Origin: Bilabrum cf. latius
Taxonomy: Eukaryota
Assembly: GCA_965178125.1 (NCBI GenBank)
Contig: OZ237765.1
Span: 806,001 to 851,504, forward strand
Length of the DNA stretch: 45,504 nucleotides
Direction: 5' to 3'
This document shows, piece by piece, positions 1 to 10,716 of the stretch (its first letter is position 1; each line of letters begins with the position of its first letter). The translations under genes were made by a program, and so were the position numbers. The notes beneath the pieces are model-generated. The model saw only the letters and a program-made list of their open reading frames with translations, did not search any database and had not been told where the DNA came from.

Positions 1-1788
1 GTTGCACTCCCATCCTCCCCCATTCACGACGGGCAGCTGCTGCAGCGCGGCCCCTGGGATTATGCGATCTAGCCGTACCCCCCTATACCTGGCGAATGGT
101 CCTATCAGCGGAGATATCATCTCCTATGGCAGGGACCAAGCAGGTGACACCGGATCTTGGAGCGGTGTCGCGCTGCCATTCAGCGATGGGCTGGCTCGAG
201 GTCCACGAAGGCGAGATATAGGCGGGCGCCAGGCACCGTGGGATGGAGGGTATGCCCTGCGGAACTCGCCGCCTATGGTCACTGCTCGCGTGGAAGTGGC
301 CGCGGGATAGTCAAAGTGCACCAGATCTATGTTATACTCGCTGGTATTCACTGAGTATAGAGAAGCGCAGCCCAATTTGCCAGCCCTGCGCCAGGCAGGC
401 AGGGCCTTCTGAGCGTCCATCCAGGACTACGACGCGGCGCTGATGGCGGATTGGCTCCATTGCAATTTGTTATCGAAAGAATGATCGTTAGTGCCTGCCC
501 CTAGGGCGACAGTGGGGGAACAGTTCCTGGCCTGCACGCAGGAGGGGTCGTCCAGCAGCACGATGGCAGCGACCAGGACCGGCTCAGTGCCCCCCTTCTC
601 GCTGCTGCAGACCACGGTGCTGGCTTCAAGGGAGTGGCCGATGTCCATGGTGGGCACGGTGTCCATCATGGTTTGCGTCACGGGCACGCGGTTGAGGCGC
701 CATGGGTAGCCTGTCTGCGGGTATCCCAGGTGCAGCAGTCTGGAGCCGTTGGTGGGCAGCACGGCCACCGTGCCCGGAGGATAGGTCACCGACACCACCT
801 GGTGCCAGCGATTGCCCTGATGAGCAATATGTTCCTGCTGGGATCCCCCTCTGAAGCTGAAATACTACTCCACGACCCCCACCGCAGTGGTGGCCTGTGC
901 CACTGCGTAGTCTTGCTCGAACACAGACCGGTTGGCGAGGGATGGCCCTGTGTGCGGGATCAAGGGACATGCACCGGGCGATACAGCCCCATGGTCTGCA
1001 CTGGCAAACATGCCCCGACCTGGGTCTTCCCACTGAGGGGGCCACAGTGTGGCCTGTCTGCAAGTGTCGTTCGGTGCGATGGGCACGTCCATGGGGGTGC
1101 ACCTCGGGGAGTACAGCGCCCTGGGGCACACGGTGTGATGAGTGAACAGCCGAGGCTGTCTCATGTATCCGTATGTATTCAAGTCCACCTGTGTCCCTGC
1201 AGAGTAGTCCCTGTACACACGCGGCGATGTGAGGGGCTGCTGCGGGACGGGGCTCCAAGGCCGCTCTGACTCCCCGAGCCCGATGATGCCAGGCCACTGG
1301 TAGTAGCCAGCCGTGATCAAGCCGCCCGTGATGTGGTTGTCGGAGCTGCTAGGCTGTCGGAACTGAAAGAACCACTGCTCTTCCGTCCATGGCTCGACGC
1401 TGCGGGTCGGCGGGAACAGGGCGGACCGGCTTGTGGTGCAAGCAACAGCCAGTGCCGGCGGTTCTTGGGCGGTAGCTGCGGCTGGCGTGTACCCCTTATC
1501 GGCCGCCATTGTGGCAAAATTTAATATTTTGAGGGGGTTCCTAGCACTGACACCATTGGCTCGTGCTAACTGTCCCTCTGGACCTGCGCTCCAATTCCAC
1601 CGCATCGTAGCTTGATTTCGAATGGAGCCTGACCAGGGTTGCTGTACGACATCGCAGCCAAGCCCAATGTTCTGCTCCATGCTTTCGTTGTAATGGATGA
1701 TTCGCGAAGAACGAACAGCCGCCGGGCCAGTTCCTGTTGCATTAGCTGGCCAGGCTGCTCGCCACAATGCTGCTTGCCAGTGGGTCAA
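1..1788 (-). CDS. Hypothetical protein, running off the window at the 3' end; 5' structure uncertain
   Basis: ORFs 865-1788, 427-798 and 124-420 are one frame separated only by TAG (865, 427, 124), and the frame appears to stay open toward base 1. An in-frame TGA at 1855-1857 bounds it upstream. A signal-peptide-like segment (MMAIFAAILLHLGCDA, near 2010, another frame) could be a spliced first exon. No family recognised. Confidence 0.7.
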
Positions 1789-2117
1789 TCGGGAACGATT
1801 ACAACGGGATGCAACGAGTAAGAAAATGACCAGCTTCGTTCGATTGATTACTTCTCATGGTATTGTTAGTCTGTGTGCACTCACAATTGCACACGGGCTC
1901 GCTTTGCGAAGCGAAAGGCAGCAAAATACTCGCGCCTGCGTCTCGCATAGTCTCGATGGTCCTCGCATCACATCCCAGATGCAGCAGGATTGCAGCAAAG
2001 ATTGCCATCATTTCAGCGCATGCATGGATACTGTTGCTGGAGTGGATAGCTGCAGACTCTACAGTTGTGGAGTGTTTGTCTAGGCTTTGCGTTTGGTTCT
2101 CCATCTCGCCGATACCA

Positions 2118-5100
2118 TTAATCCGCACTCTTCTACTTGGCCTTCCCACCACGCTTACCCCGGCGGCGTTTCTTCGGTGGGGCTGAAGATTCTTCTGCTG
2201 CAGTCGCCTTTGCCGCTTTCTAGTCGCTCGAGCCGCCGGCCCCGCCCGCAGTTGCCTCCTCTTCAACTCTGCCCCTCTTTGACCCAATCGCCGGATCGCT
2301 GCTCGGCAACGCATCGGCACTTGGGTCTTCTGCCTCTCCAACCCCTGGCTATTCCTCGCCTAGCTCAGCAAGCCCACCAAAGTACCCCACCAGCGATTTT
2401 CCACCGGATGGCATGTCGCTGCTCCCGCTGGCACCAGCACCAGCACCAGCACCGGCCCCCGAGGCAGCACCGGCAGCACCTGGGGCACCCCTGGGGCCTC
2501 CCTCGCTCCCACTCGTCACACCCTTTACCACACCCTTGCCCCCTTTGGCCAGCAGCCCGGCCAGCGCTGCCCTCCTGCCCGCAGCCCCCCCGCCCGCCCC
2601 CTCTGCAGCCAGCCTGGCCTGCCTGGCCGCCTCCATGGCCCGCCTCCAGCCCGCCCTATCCTCGCGGTAATGGTCCAGCCGGCACAGCCCCACGAGCCCC
2701 CGGGCCCACCTGCTCCCCCGCACCCTCCTCTCCTGCGCCTCGAGGTCTCCAGCGATCACCTCCAGGGTCCGCGCGTCGCATGCAGCGGCCAACCGCCGCG
2801 CCACCCGGCTGCCCCGCGGGCTGTCTGCCACCTCCACCCACCGCCCGCGCAGACCCCGCACCACGCGCTGCCTGGCCCAAGCCGACTCGGGCCCCAGTGC
2901 GGCCAGCGGCTCTATCACCCCCCGGGCACAGGCAGGGTCCTGCGCGGCTGCCACCAGAGCCTCTGGCCGCAGTGCAAGCACTGACTCTAGGACTGGTCGC
3001 GCCGCCGCTGGCTGCAGCCCAAGGGCAGCGCCTACAACCCTGCTGCCAGCCCTGGACAGCTGCACCGGGCGATCTGCCCTGCCCTTGGGAGGCAATGGGG
3101 CCTTGCCACCACTCGTCTCCTCCTTGCCCTTGTTCTCTCCAGCCTTCGCCTTGCTGTGCGCAAGCCCCACCTCTTTGGCCGCCTCCTCCTCGTCGTCGCT
3201 GATGCCGAGGCTGCCCCCACCATCACTATCTGCACCGTCATCCTCCTCCTCCTCCTCCTCCTCTCCGCCTAAAGCACCTCGGGCAGCCTCGCGCGCCTCC
3301 TCTGCTGCCCGGCCCCGGCCCCCGTCCACGTCTAGCAGCCACGCCACCAGACCCCTGGCCCCGCTCCTGCATCGAGCCAGAGCCGCGGCCCGCTGCAGAG
3401 CACCCACAACCGCTCGCTGCAGGTCGAGAGAGCCCCCTTCTGCTGTCGCGGCCACCAGCGCGGCCACCACGCCCTCCCGCCTGGCACCCAGCAGTGCGGA
3501 CGTGTGTGGCAGCAGGGAGCGGGCGCACTGCAGTGCCATGCCCGCCTCTGCGGCCCGCTCCACCGCTCGCTGGGCCGCATAGTTGGCTAGTGGATGGGCC
3601 GCAAGCGCCAAGAGGGCGGTGGGGAACAAAGATGACGAGGTCGACGATGATGCTGCCGATGATGATGATGCTGCCGATGACGATGATGCAGCTGCGCTCC
3701 CCGAAGCAGGCAGAAGTCCGGCTGTGTGCGTGTCTGCGGGTGGTAGGGAGCGGATGGAGGCTGCCAGTCGCAAGGGGCAGGGGTGTGGGAGCGGGGCCAG
3801 CAGCACGTCGTCTAGCAGCCGACGCATGCCCACCGCGGGCATTGCCTCGATCGCTGCTTCCGCCAGGGCTGATCCAGCTTTTGAGGTTGCGACGGCCGCC
3901 ACAGCCTCGAGCTGGCGCGCTCGGACTGATAGGATCGCAGCTGACGAGTCCCCATCCACCGCGCCGCTGGCCCCACGTCCTTCCTCTTCCTGGCCGCCAT
4001 CTCCCCCCGCTGCCTCCTCCGGCCCCTCATCTCCAGACAGCCCCAGCATGGCGTCACAGGCCCGCTGCAGGGCAGCTCGCATGGCCCCTGCGAGCTCCTC
4101 GCACTCACCCGCGGTTGCAACCACCCCTCCAAGCGTGTGTATCACACCGACGTCTCCATCCTTGCTTTGGCCATCACCCTCGCTACCCCGTCCCTCCCCA
4201 GACTCCGGCTTCAGAGCGTCAAGCACCCCTGCCAGCGCGTCGCCTTCGAGTCCGTCTGCAGCGGGTTCTTTGCTTCCACCGTCCTACGCATCCCGCTTGC
4301 CACCCCCCTCGCGCCTCTTCCCCGTGCCCCTGCTGGCGCGCGAACCGAGACCTGCAGCCGCAGCCCGTAACCTCCTCACACAGCGGGCCCCCGCCGCCAG
4401 CAGCGCCTGCGCCGCCCCCGATGCCGCGGGCTCCTCCGCCACCAGCAGCGCATCCCTCGGGGATGCGTTCCCCAGCGCCTCAAGCAGGCGACCCAGGGCA
4501 AAGACGAGGGAGCGGCGCAGGCACCAGTCGCCCTTCTCCGCGTGCCTCGCGCCTGAGGCAGCCGACGCCCTGCGAGTACCAGTGGAGGATCCCCCCGCCT
4601 GCCTGGCCCCCACGCCGTCCCCGGCCAGTGCCGCGGCAAGCACCCGCACCACGTGGGACGCGCCCTTCTCGAACATCCACTGCCGGAGCTCTGACTCCGC
4701 CACTGCCGCCACCCCGAGCAGACATCCCTCGATCCCCTCAAGCAGAGCAGTGGGAGGCAAAGAGGCACCTTCCATCTCCTCCTCCTCGTCTGCCGCCGAG
4801 TCCTCCTTTAGGTCCTGTGGGAGAGCACCGTCGGTTGCACCAGCGAATACTGGAACTCTCTTCCGGCCAGATAATGTCCTGTTCTGGTCCACCTCTCCCG
4901 ACGCAACACTCAGCGATGCTGACAGGCCACCCAGCAGCTCTTCGAGCACGTGGGAACCGTACCGATGCCTGGCCAAAAACGAGACATAGGGCGAAGCTCG
5001 AGCCGCGAACTGGAAGAGTTGTACAGATGATGATCGTTTCAAGAGAAGCTCAATCACCCCGCTCGCTCGCTTATGAGTAGCAAGTGATGCCCCCCTTTTT

Positions 5101-5213
5101 CTAATGTCCCGATGAAGATTCTCCACAAGCAACGAGCTGGAGTCATCCTCTCCACCGGTCTCTGCTTCCATATCTTCCTATGACTACTGCAAAGGCACTA
5201 TCAGCGATTTCAT
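2118..5213 (-). CDS. NOP9: Nucleolar protein 9 (Pumilio/PUF-repeat 18S rRNA processing factor), at least ~1030 aa with TAG read as sense
   Basis: PUF-like repeats are visible: SLATHKRASGVIELLL, LARHRYGSHVLEELL, WMFEKGASHVVRVL, LAAHPLANYAAQR, VADSPRGSRVARRL. In-frame TAGs are at 5184, 5178, 4284, 2349, 2220 and 2133. The protein ends in a basic tail (PPKKRRRGKRGGKAK*KSAD) at TAA 2118-2120. The frame is open upstream of ATG 5213 (KPKKPDEELVSYM), so the true start is probably further 5'. Confidence 0.8.
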
Positions 5214-5506
5214 ATACGAGACTAGCTCCTCATCTGGCTTTTTTGGCTTGCTGCGATAGAAGTCGGACGAACGGCAACTGATTCGATTGTCATGTATGTG
5301 GCTGGAAAATGTGCTAGGAAGCAAGCCATATTGCAGATCAGTATATATTGTATGTACGCACCGCTAATCTGGCAGCGGAACCGCCATAGGCTTCCGTAAT
5401 TATGTGCATCATGGTCGGGGTACTCGTCGGCCCAGGTTTGGGTATTGTTCCGGTTAAGCCAAATCTCAGTTTTCCCTTCCGTCGCTAATTTCCGACGGGC
5501 TCCACG

Positions 5507-7111
5507 ATGATTGCAAGTGAATCGCAACGAAAACGCTAGAATAATGCCATGACGAGTTGTATGAATGATCTGAATCGCCCTGGAATCACAATGCAGGTGT
5601 TTATATTTATTGTAATCGTTGGGTTCGAAGCCATCGAAGGAACGCGGCGGATTTATAGAGAGGAATCTTACATATTTGACTGGGATGCATACATGGAGCA
5701 AGCGTCTATGGTGGCTGCCGGTGAGCGAAACTATACTCGAGTGAGGGGCGACACTGGAGCTTTGGTATACCCCGGCGCGCACACGGGCTTGCATGTGCTA
5801 CTGAGATACGCATCGGGCTGGGATGAATAGCACTGGACTACGGAGTACGTACCAAAGAATATATCCGGGTATGAAGATAGGACGCATCGTCCCACCGACC
5901 TGCTTCAGTCTCTTCAGCTAGGCTACACGGCGCTGCTCGCATGCTCCACTGGGCTTGCGGTCGCCACGCATCTGCTTGCAGGAGTCCCCATTCACTTCAT
6001 CCTTATCATCGTTGTGTCTCGGCGATTCCAGGCTGTGCACTCGCTGGGCCTCTTCAACGACTGCTGGTGCGCCATGGGGATGCACGCAGCCGTGCTGCTC
6101 GCCCAGCTGGGCCACTGGCACTGGTCCGTAGCCGCGTGGTCGCTGGCCGTGGGCATCAAGATGAATGCGCTCCTTCTGCTCCCGGGATACGTAGCCCTCC
6201 TCGCATTCGTCGCCTGGCAGCGGAGGAGCAGGCAGCCGTCCAGGACCAAGGGGCACCAAACACAGGCCGCCTCCTCGACCTCCTCGATGTGTTCCCTTGG
6301 CCCTATCGGGGTATTTCTCCAGAGCCAATGGCCCAGCATAGATGTTCCCTGGCTGCTTGAGCTAGTGTCAATCGCAGCACTGGTGCAGGCGGCGGTGGGG
6401 GCTCCTTTTTTGCTGTCGGCCCCCAGTGCCTACCTCGGGGGGGCCTTCAACCTGGGGCGGGCCTTCTTCCGGAAATACTCGGTGAGCTGGAACTTCTTGC
6501 CCGAGCCTTGGTTCCAGAGCAAGACATGGCACGTGGTGCTGCTGGCTGCACACGTACTGGGCGTGATTGGCCTATTGGGCAGCAGGGGGTGTGCAAGGTC
6601 TCTGACCCCTGTGATTGCTAGCCGCCAACGGGACCCAGGGGCTCTGCAGCGGCATGCGGACTCTGGGTCCAGGAGCCGGATCGGGTCCAAGCCACAGTCC
6701 GGTGGTGCTCTGCAGTCAGAACGCAATGACGGCGGGGACCAGACGCAGTCTTGGAAGACCGGGTTCGCTCTGGCCAGGCCGGGGTCCAGGGCCTGGGTTG
6801 CTGTGGCTCTTTACGGTAGCAACCTGATTGGAGTAGCCATGGCCCGGTCGCTGCACTACCAGTTCATCGTGTGGTACTGGGCGGGTCTCCCAGTCCTCCT
6901 GTGGGCCGCATCGCTGCCCTGGCCCGCCGCGTTGGTGTGGGCGGTGGCCCTCGAGGTGGGGTGGAACTGCCACGAGCCCAAGCCGTGGAGCTCTGTGCTC
7001 GTGACGGTGCTCCATGTTGCCCTGTGCGCAGCGCTGCTTGGGACTCGGATGGACGGCATGCGGAAGGTGGCAGTGCCCCGGGCTGCCAGAAGGGGGCCAG
7101 AGAGGCCGTGA
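5507..7111 (+). CDS. ALG3: Dol-P-Man:Man5GlcNAc2-PP-Dol alpha-1,3-mannosyltransferase (ALG3 family), ~534 aa
   Basis: Family motifs: DWDAYMEQ, GERNYTRVRGDTGALVYPGAH, LFND, SLAVGIKMNALL, FNLGRAF..YSVSWNFLPE, RSLHYQFIVWY. ORFs 5549-5830 and 6014-7111 are one frame joined through TAG 5828. There is a further TAG at 5537 if ATG 5507 is the start. Stop is TGA. Confidence 0.9.
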
Positions 7112-7283
7112 CATTGCTCCAGTAGGGGGTTCATAATGGGTGCGGGTAGGTCATGGAGGAGTATTCCATACCACATAATACATCCTATTAGAGTCTGTAT
7201 GTTGCCGCACGCATTTGCATTATAAGTATAAAAAGGCGCATGCATCCGGATGTGGCATCACCCCGCTGCTGCAATGGGGTCCA

Positions 7284-8612
7284 TCACCGGGTGTACTCGG
7301 TTCGCCGGCCGGGTGCGATCAGCCCGGCCGTGGCTGTGGGCTCATGAAAAACGGCCCGCAAAGGTAGCTTGACCTCACCCCCTGCTCCTGCTAGCCTGCC
7401 TGCGTGCATCATCTGCTTGCGCGTGGCAGGCGGCAAGGCCTTCGAGCGGGTGGCAAACAGGGGCGCGGGCAGCCTCGTCCTCGCCTTGGACTCGAGGGCC
7501 TGCCTCCATGAGGCAGGGATGGGGCGGGCCGATCTCCCTTGGGCCCTGCCCCCTTGCGATGGCACGGAGCGGGGGGTGCCCACCACTCCTGGGCTCTCCT
7601 GCCCGGTCATTGTGGGAGTCATGGTGCCGCTGGCCCTGCGACTGGACCCCCTAGACGGCCCTCGGGACTGCTTGGCGCCCCCCCCTCTGGCAAGGGCCAA
7701 CCCCGCCCATGGCACCCCGGCAGAGCCCCTGACCGGCCCATCTGCCACTGGTCCAGATGCAGTAGGTCCAATCGTGCGGCCTGCAATGCGCTGCTGGGCT
7801 CTGCGAGCTCTATAAGCCGCGCTTGAACTAGACGCGTCCACCCCGAGCTCAGGCCCGTGCTGCCTTTGGCCCCCTCGCGTCCTGTGCCCCGCCCCCCTTA
7901 TGTTGCTGCTGCTGTACATGGCACTGCGCGGCATGCCCGCGGTTTGGGGCTTCCATAGTGGAGCCCGGGTCTGCGCCTACTAATTTGGCCCCTCTGAATG
8001 CGGCTGGCTCCTCACACTTGAACGGCCAGAGCCGCTGGCCTCAGACTCGGCCCAACCCCATCCACCACTGGCTGGGTGCGGACGGCTTAGCGAGGCAAGC
8101 ATGTCCATCGGACTCGGGCCCGCCCTTGAGTGCGATGGAGTTTTGTGCTTACTGGGCCTTCTCGAACTATCGACCGGTGGGCGGCTTGGCTGTCGCGGGG
8201 GGATCCCGAGGGACTGCCGAAGCGTTGCGTAGTCGAACCTAGCTTGGTGCCTCCTCGGCTCCGGTGCCTTGGGAGACGGTGCCCCTGTTTTTCTGGCGTA
8301 AATTCTCTCCTTTTGTTGTGTAGACATCATCCTTGCTCTCATAGCACCGCTAACTACGTGCTCGCTTTCAGATTGAGGAAGTTTACTGCTTCGGGGCAGC
8401 TATCGGATTGGCTAACCGCTTACAACGAAATCGAATGTAGTCTTTCTTCCCACCGAAACGCCACGTCGTCTTAAATCATATTGTGGCAAGTACGGCACCT
8501 GTAGTCCGTCTACTCGAAGTACGTTTGCGGGATGGATCGGCCGTCCTCTTGAGTCTTGCGGGTGCACGTCGCCCCCCCGTAGTGACCTTCTCAAAGCTCG
8601 TGCATCCTACAT
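7284..8612 (-). CDS. Hypothetical basic, low-complexity protein, ~442 aa
   Basis: ATG at 8612 (ACC-ATG context). ORFs 8412-8594, 7980-8342 and 7284-7934 share one frame, with TAGs at 8607, 8412, 8400, 7980 and 7977 (the last two are tandem). Stop is TGA at 7284. Confidence 0.7.
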
Positions 8613-8835
8613 GGTTCTGCGCAACTATGACCCAGAAATCAATATTGTACTATTGTATTATCGAATTAGTGCGAGCGACACGTTTCCTTTCTGTTGTGCT
8701 TGTCTGGCTCACCCGGAACTTCAGGCCGGAAGCGAGCATACAAAAGTGTGGTTTCTCCCTTGTAACGTGTAGATTCAACAGTGGTCGGCGGGGGGCGTTT
8801 GCCTTACAACCCGTTGGTCGCCCCTAGGTATAACA

Positions 8836-10500
8836 ATGGAATCAGATTCGAGCACATCTAGTCTAGGTGTGGATGAGCATCCGATTTTGTCGAAAGTTCT
8901 GGGTCGGCATGCACCATCGACTAGAACAAATGAGATCATGGCAGCAGCAGCAGGTGCCCGAACGCGAAAGAGACCGCGCCCAGCGGCAGCAGCATCGAAA
9001 GCTGATTCAAAAATTCAGAAGCATGAAGCAAGACGATAGGGTGGTGCATTTTGGAGCAAGGAGATTGAAGCTTGGATGTGTCCAATGCTGCGCAATGGGC
9101 CATATGGCTCTTGTGTTACGGAGAGCATACTGCAGCGCAATATCTCTTGCAGAGTCTTGCACGCTCCTAGCCACGAGGCAGCTAGCGTGCTTTAGGCGTG
9201 TGCAGTATCCATAAACCCCCCTGATAGTGGAGCTGTTACGGCCCAACACGCCCCGAATCGTAGTACCAGCGCCAGCGCCAGCAGTAGCACTAAGGCGAGC
9301 AACAGAGAAGGCGTCGAGATACACCCATAGATTTGGCCTCCTGTAGATAATTGTATTGGGTGGCGCCGTCGAAAGATGCTTAGTTCAGGACAGCTATCGA
9401 CCGATTCCGCAATTGAGCCGGTGGTGCTGCTCGTCTGGCACGGGGACCGGCTGGCCCGTCGGATCCTCAGCGGGGGAGGGGCTGCCCTCGAGCAAGACGC
9501 GCGGACAATCCGGTCCGTGTCTCCCCCTGGCACCCGCGTGCTGGTGGCGGTAGTGGCCATGCCCGAGGCCCTCCTCGCCCTGGGCGCGGATCGCCGGGGG
9601 CCGGCTGTGGGTCTCGGCGGTGCGGGGGAGGGCAAGGGGCACGCGCGGGGCATGCTGACCATGGGGGAGGTAGAGGACGCTATCGCGGGGTGGTACGTGC
9701 AGCATGGGGTGGAGGTCCGTCTGTTGGACGGTGCAGACCAGCTGGGGGCGTGGGTGGGCGCGCTGACCCGGGCTGTGGGCGAGCAGCCGTACAGGACGAA
9801 ACCCACTGCGCTGGCGGCGGTGCACAAGGTGAGGGCCACGGGGCTGCAGGACCTGCTGGGGGAGGGAGGCGCGCTGCTCCCTGGGGACAAAGAGGAAGGC
9901 GAGGAGGCTGATGCGGACGATGAGGGGGAGGATGGGGCGGGGGGCAGGAAGGGGGGCGCACCACCAGCCAAGAAGGGCAGGTTCGGGGGCGGCAAGGGGG
10001 CAGCGGCGCAGGCTGCTTCCCGCGCCGCCGCCCGCCGCAAGCGCCAGGACCCCCGCGCGGTGTTCTTCTGCCAGCTGCAGATGATCCCTGGGCTGAGCGC
10101 CAGCAAGGCGGTGAACGTGGTCAAGAAGTACCCCAGCATGGTGGCCCTCATGGAGGCCTATGACCGTGTGGCGCCACTCCCTGCCGTTCCACCCTTCGTG
10201 CATGCCGGGGAGGGGCACGGACCCATGGCCGCAGTCGCGTTCTCCGGCGCTGCTGCCCCATCGTCCTCGGCTTTGGCTGTGTCATCGGGCCCCGCTGGTC
10301 AGAAGGGCAAGCAGAAGAAAGGCAGGCACCGCAAGCAGCAAAGCCCACTGGAAGCAGGACTCGCGGCTCGCCGCGATTTGCTCTCCAGCGTGCTTGCAGC
10401 CGGCAAGCGCAGGTAGGGGGCTCTCTCTGCCCTGGTGCACGACGTGCTGTGTGGACTTGATCCGGACATGCCCCTCCTTGCGGCAGGTGGCAAGGGATGA
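8836..10500 (+). CDS. EME1: Crossover junction endonuclease EME1-like protein (non-catalytic ERCC4 domain plus HhH), ~554 aa
   Basis: Motifs PVDNCIGWRRRK, VEDAIAGWYVQHGVEVRL..QLGAWVGALTRAVGEQPYR, VFFCQLQMIPGLSASKAVNVVKKYPSMVALMEAY and RRDLLSSV...LCGLDPD match the EME1/MMS4 layout. No ERKxxxD catalytic motif is seen. TAGs at 9037, 9193, 9328 and 10414; stop TGA at 10498-10500. Confidence 0.75.
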
Positions 10501-10716
10501 GCCGGCTTAAAGCGATTGTGAGACAAATTACGTACTGCGCCCCTAGCTAAAGCCATTCCTGTACATAATTCATACATGTGCAAAGAAGAGTACTAAGACC
10601 CCCTCTATCCTCTGCCCTACTGCGCCTAGCGTGAGGCAGCCGGCAGTGTAGCACACTCCCGGCGCCTCTTGTGGCTCACGAGGTCCAATCGAGTCTGCAG
10701 CGAGTGCGGCAGATCA

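Noticed and set aside
5828-5830. TAGs as acceptor sites of tiny in-frame introns
   Set aside because: Most TAGs have no suitably placed GT donor or pyrimidine tract. The real introns here are 80-189 nt and all end in CAG.
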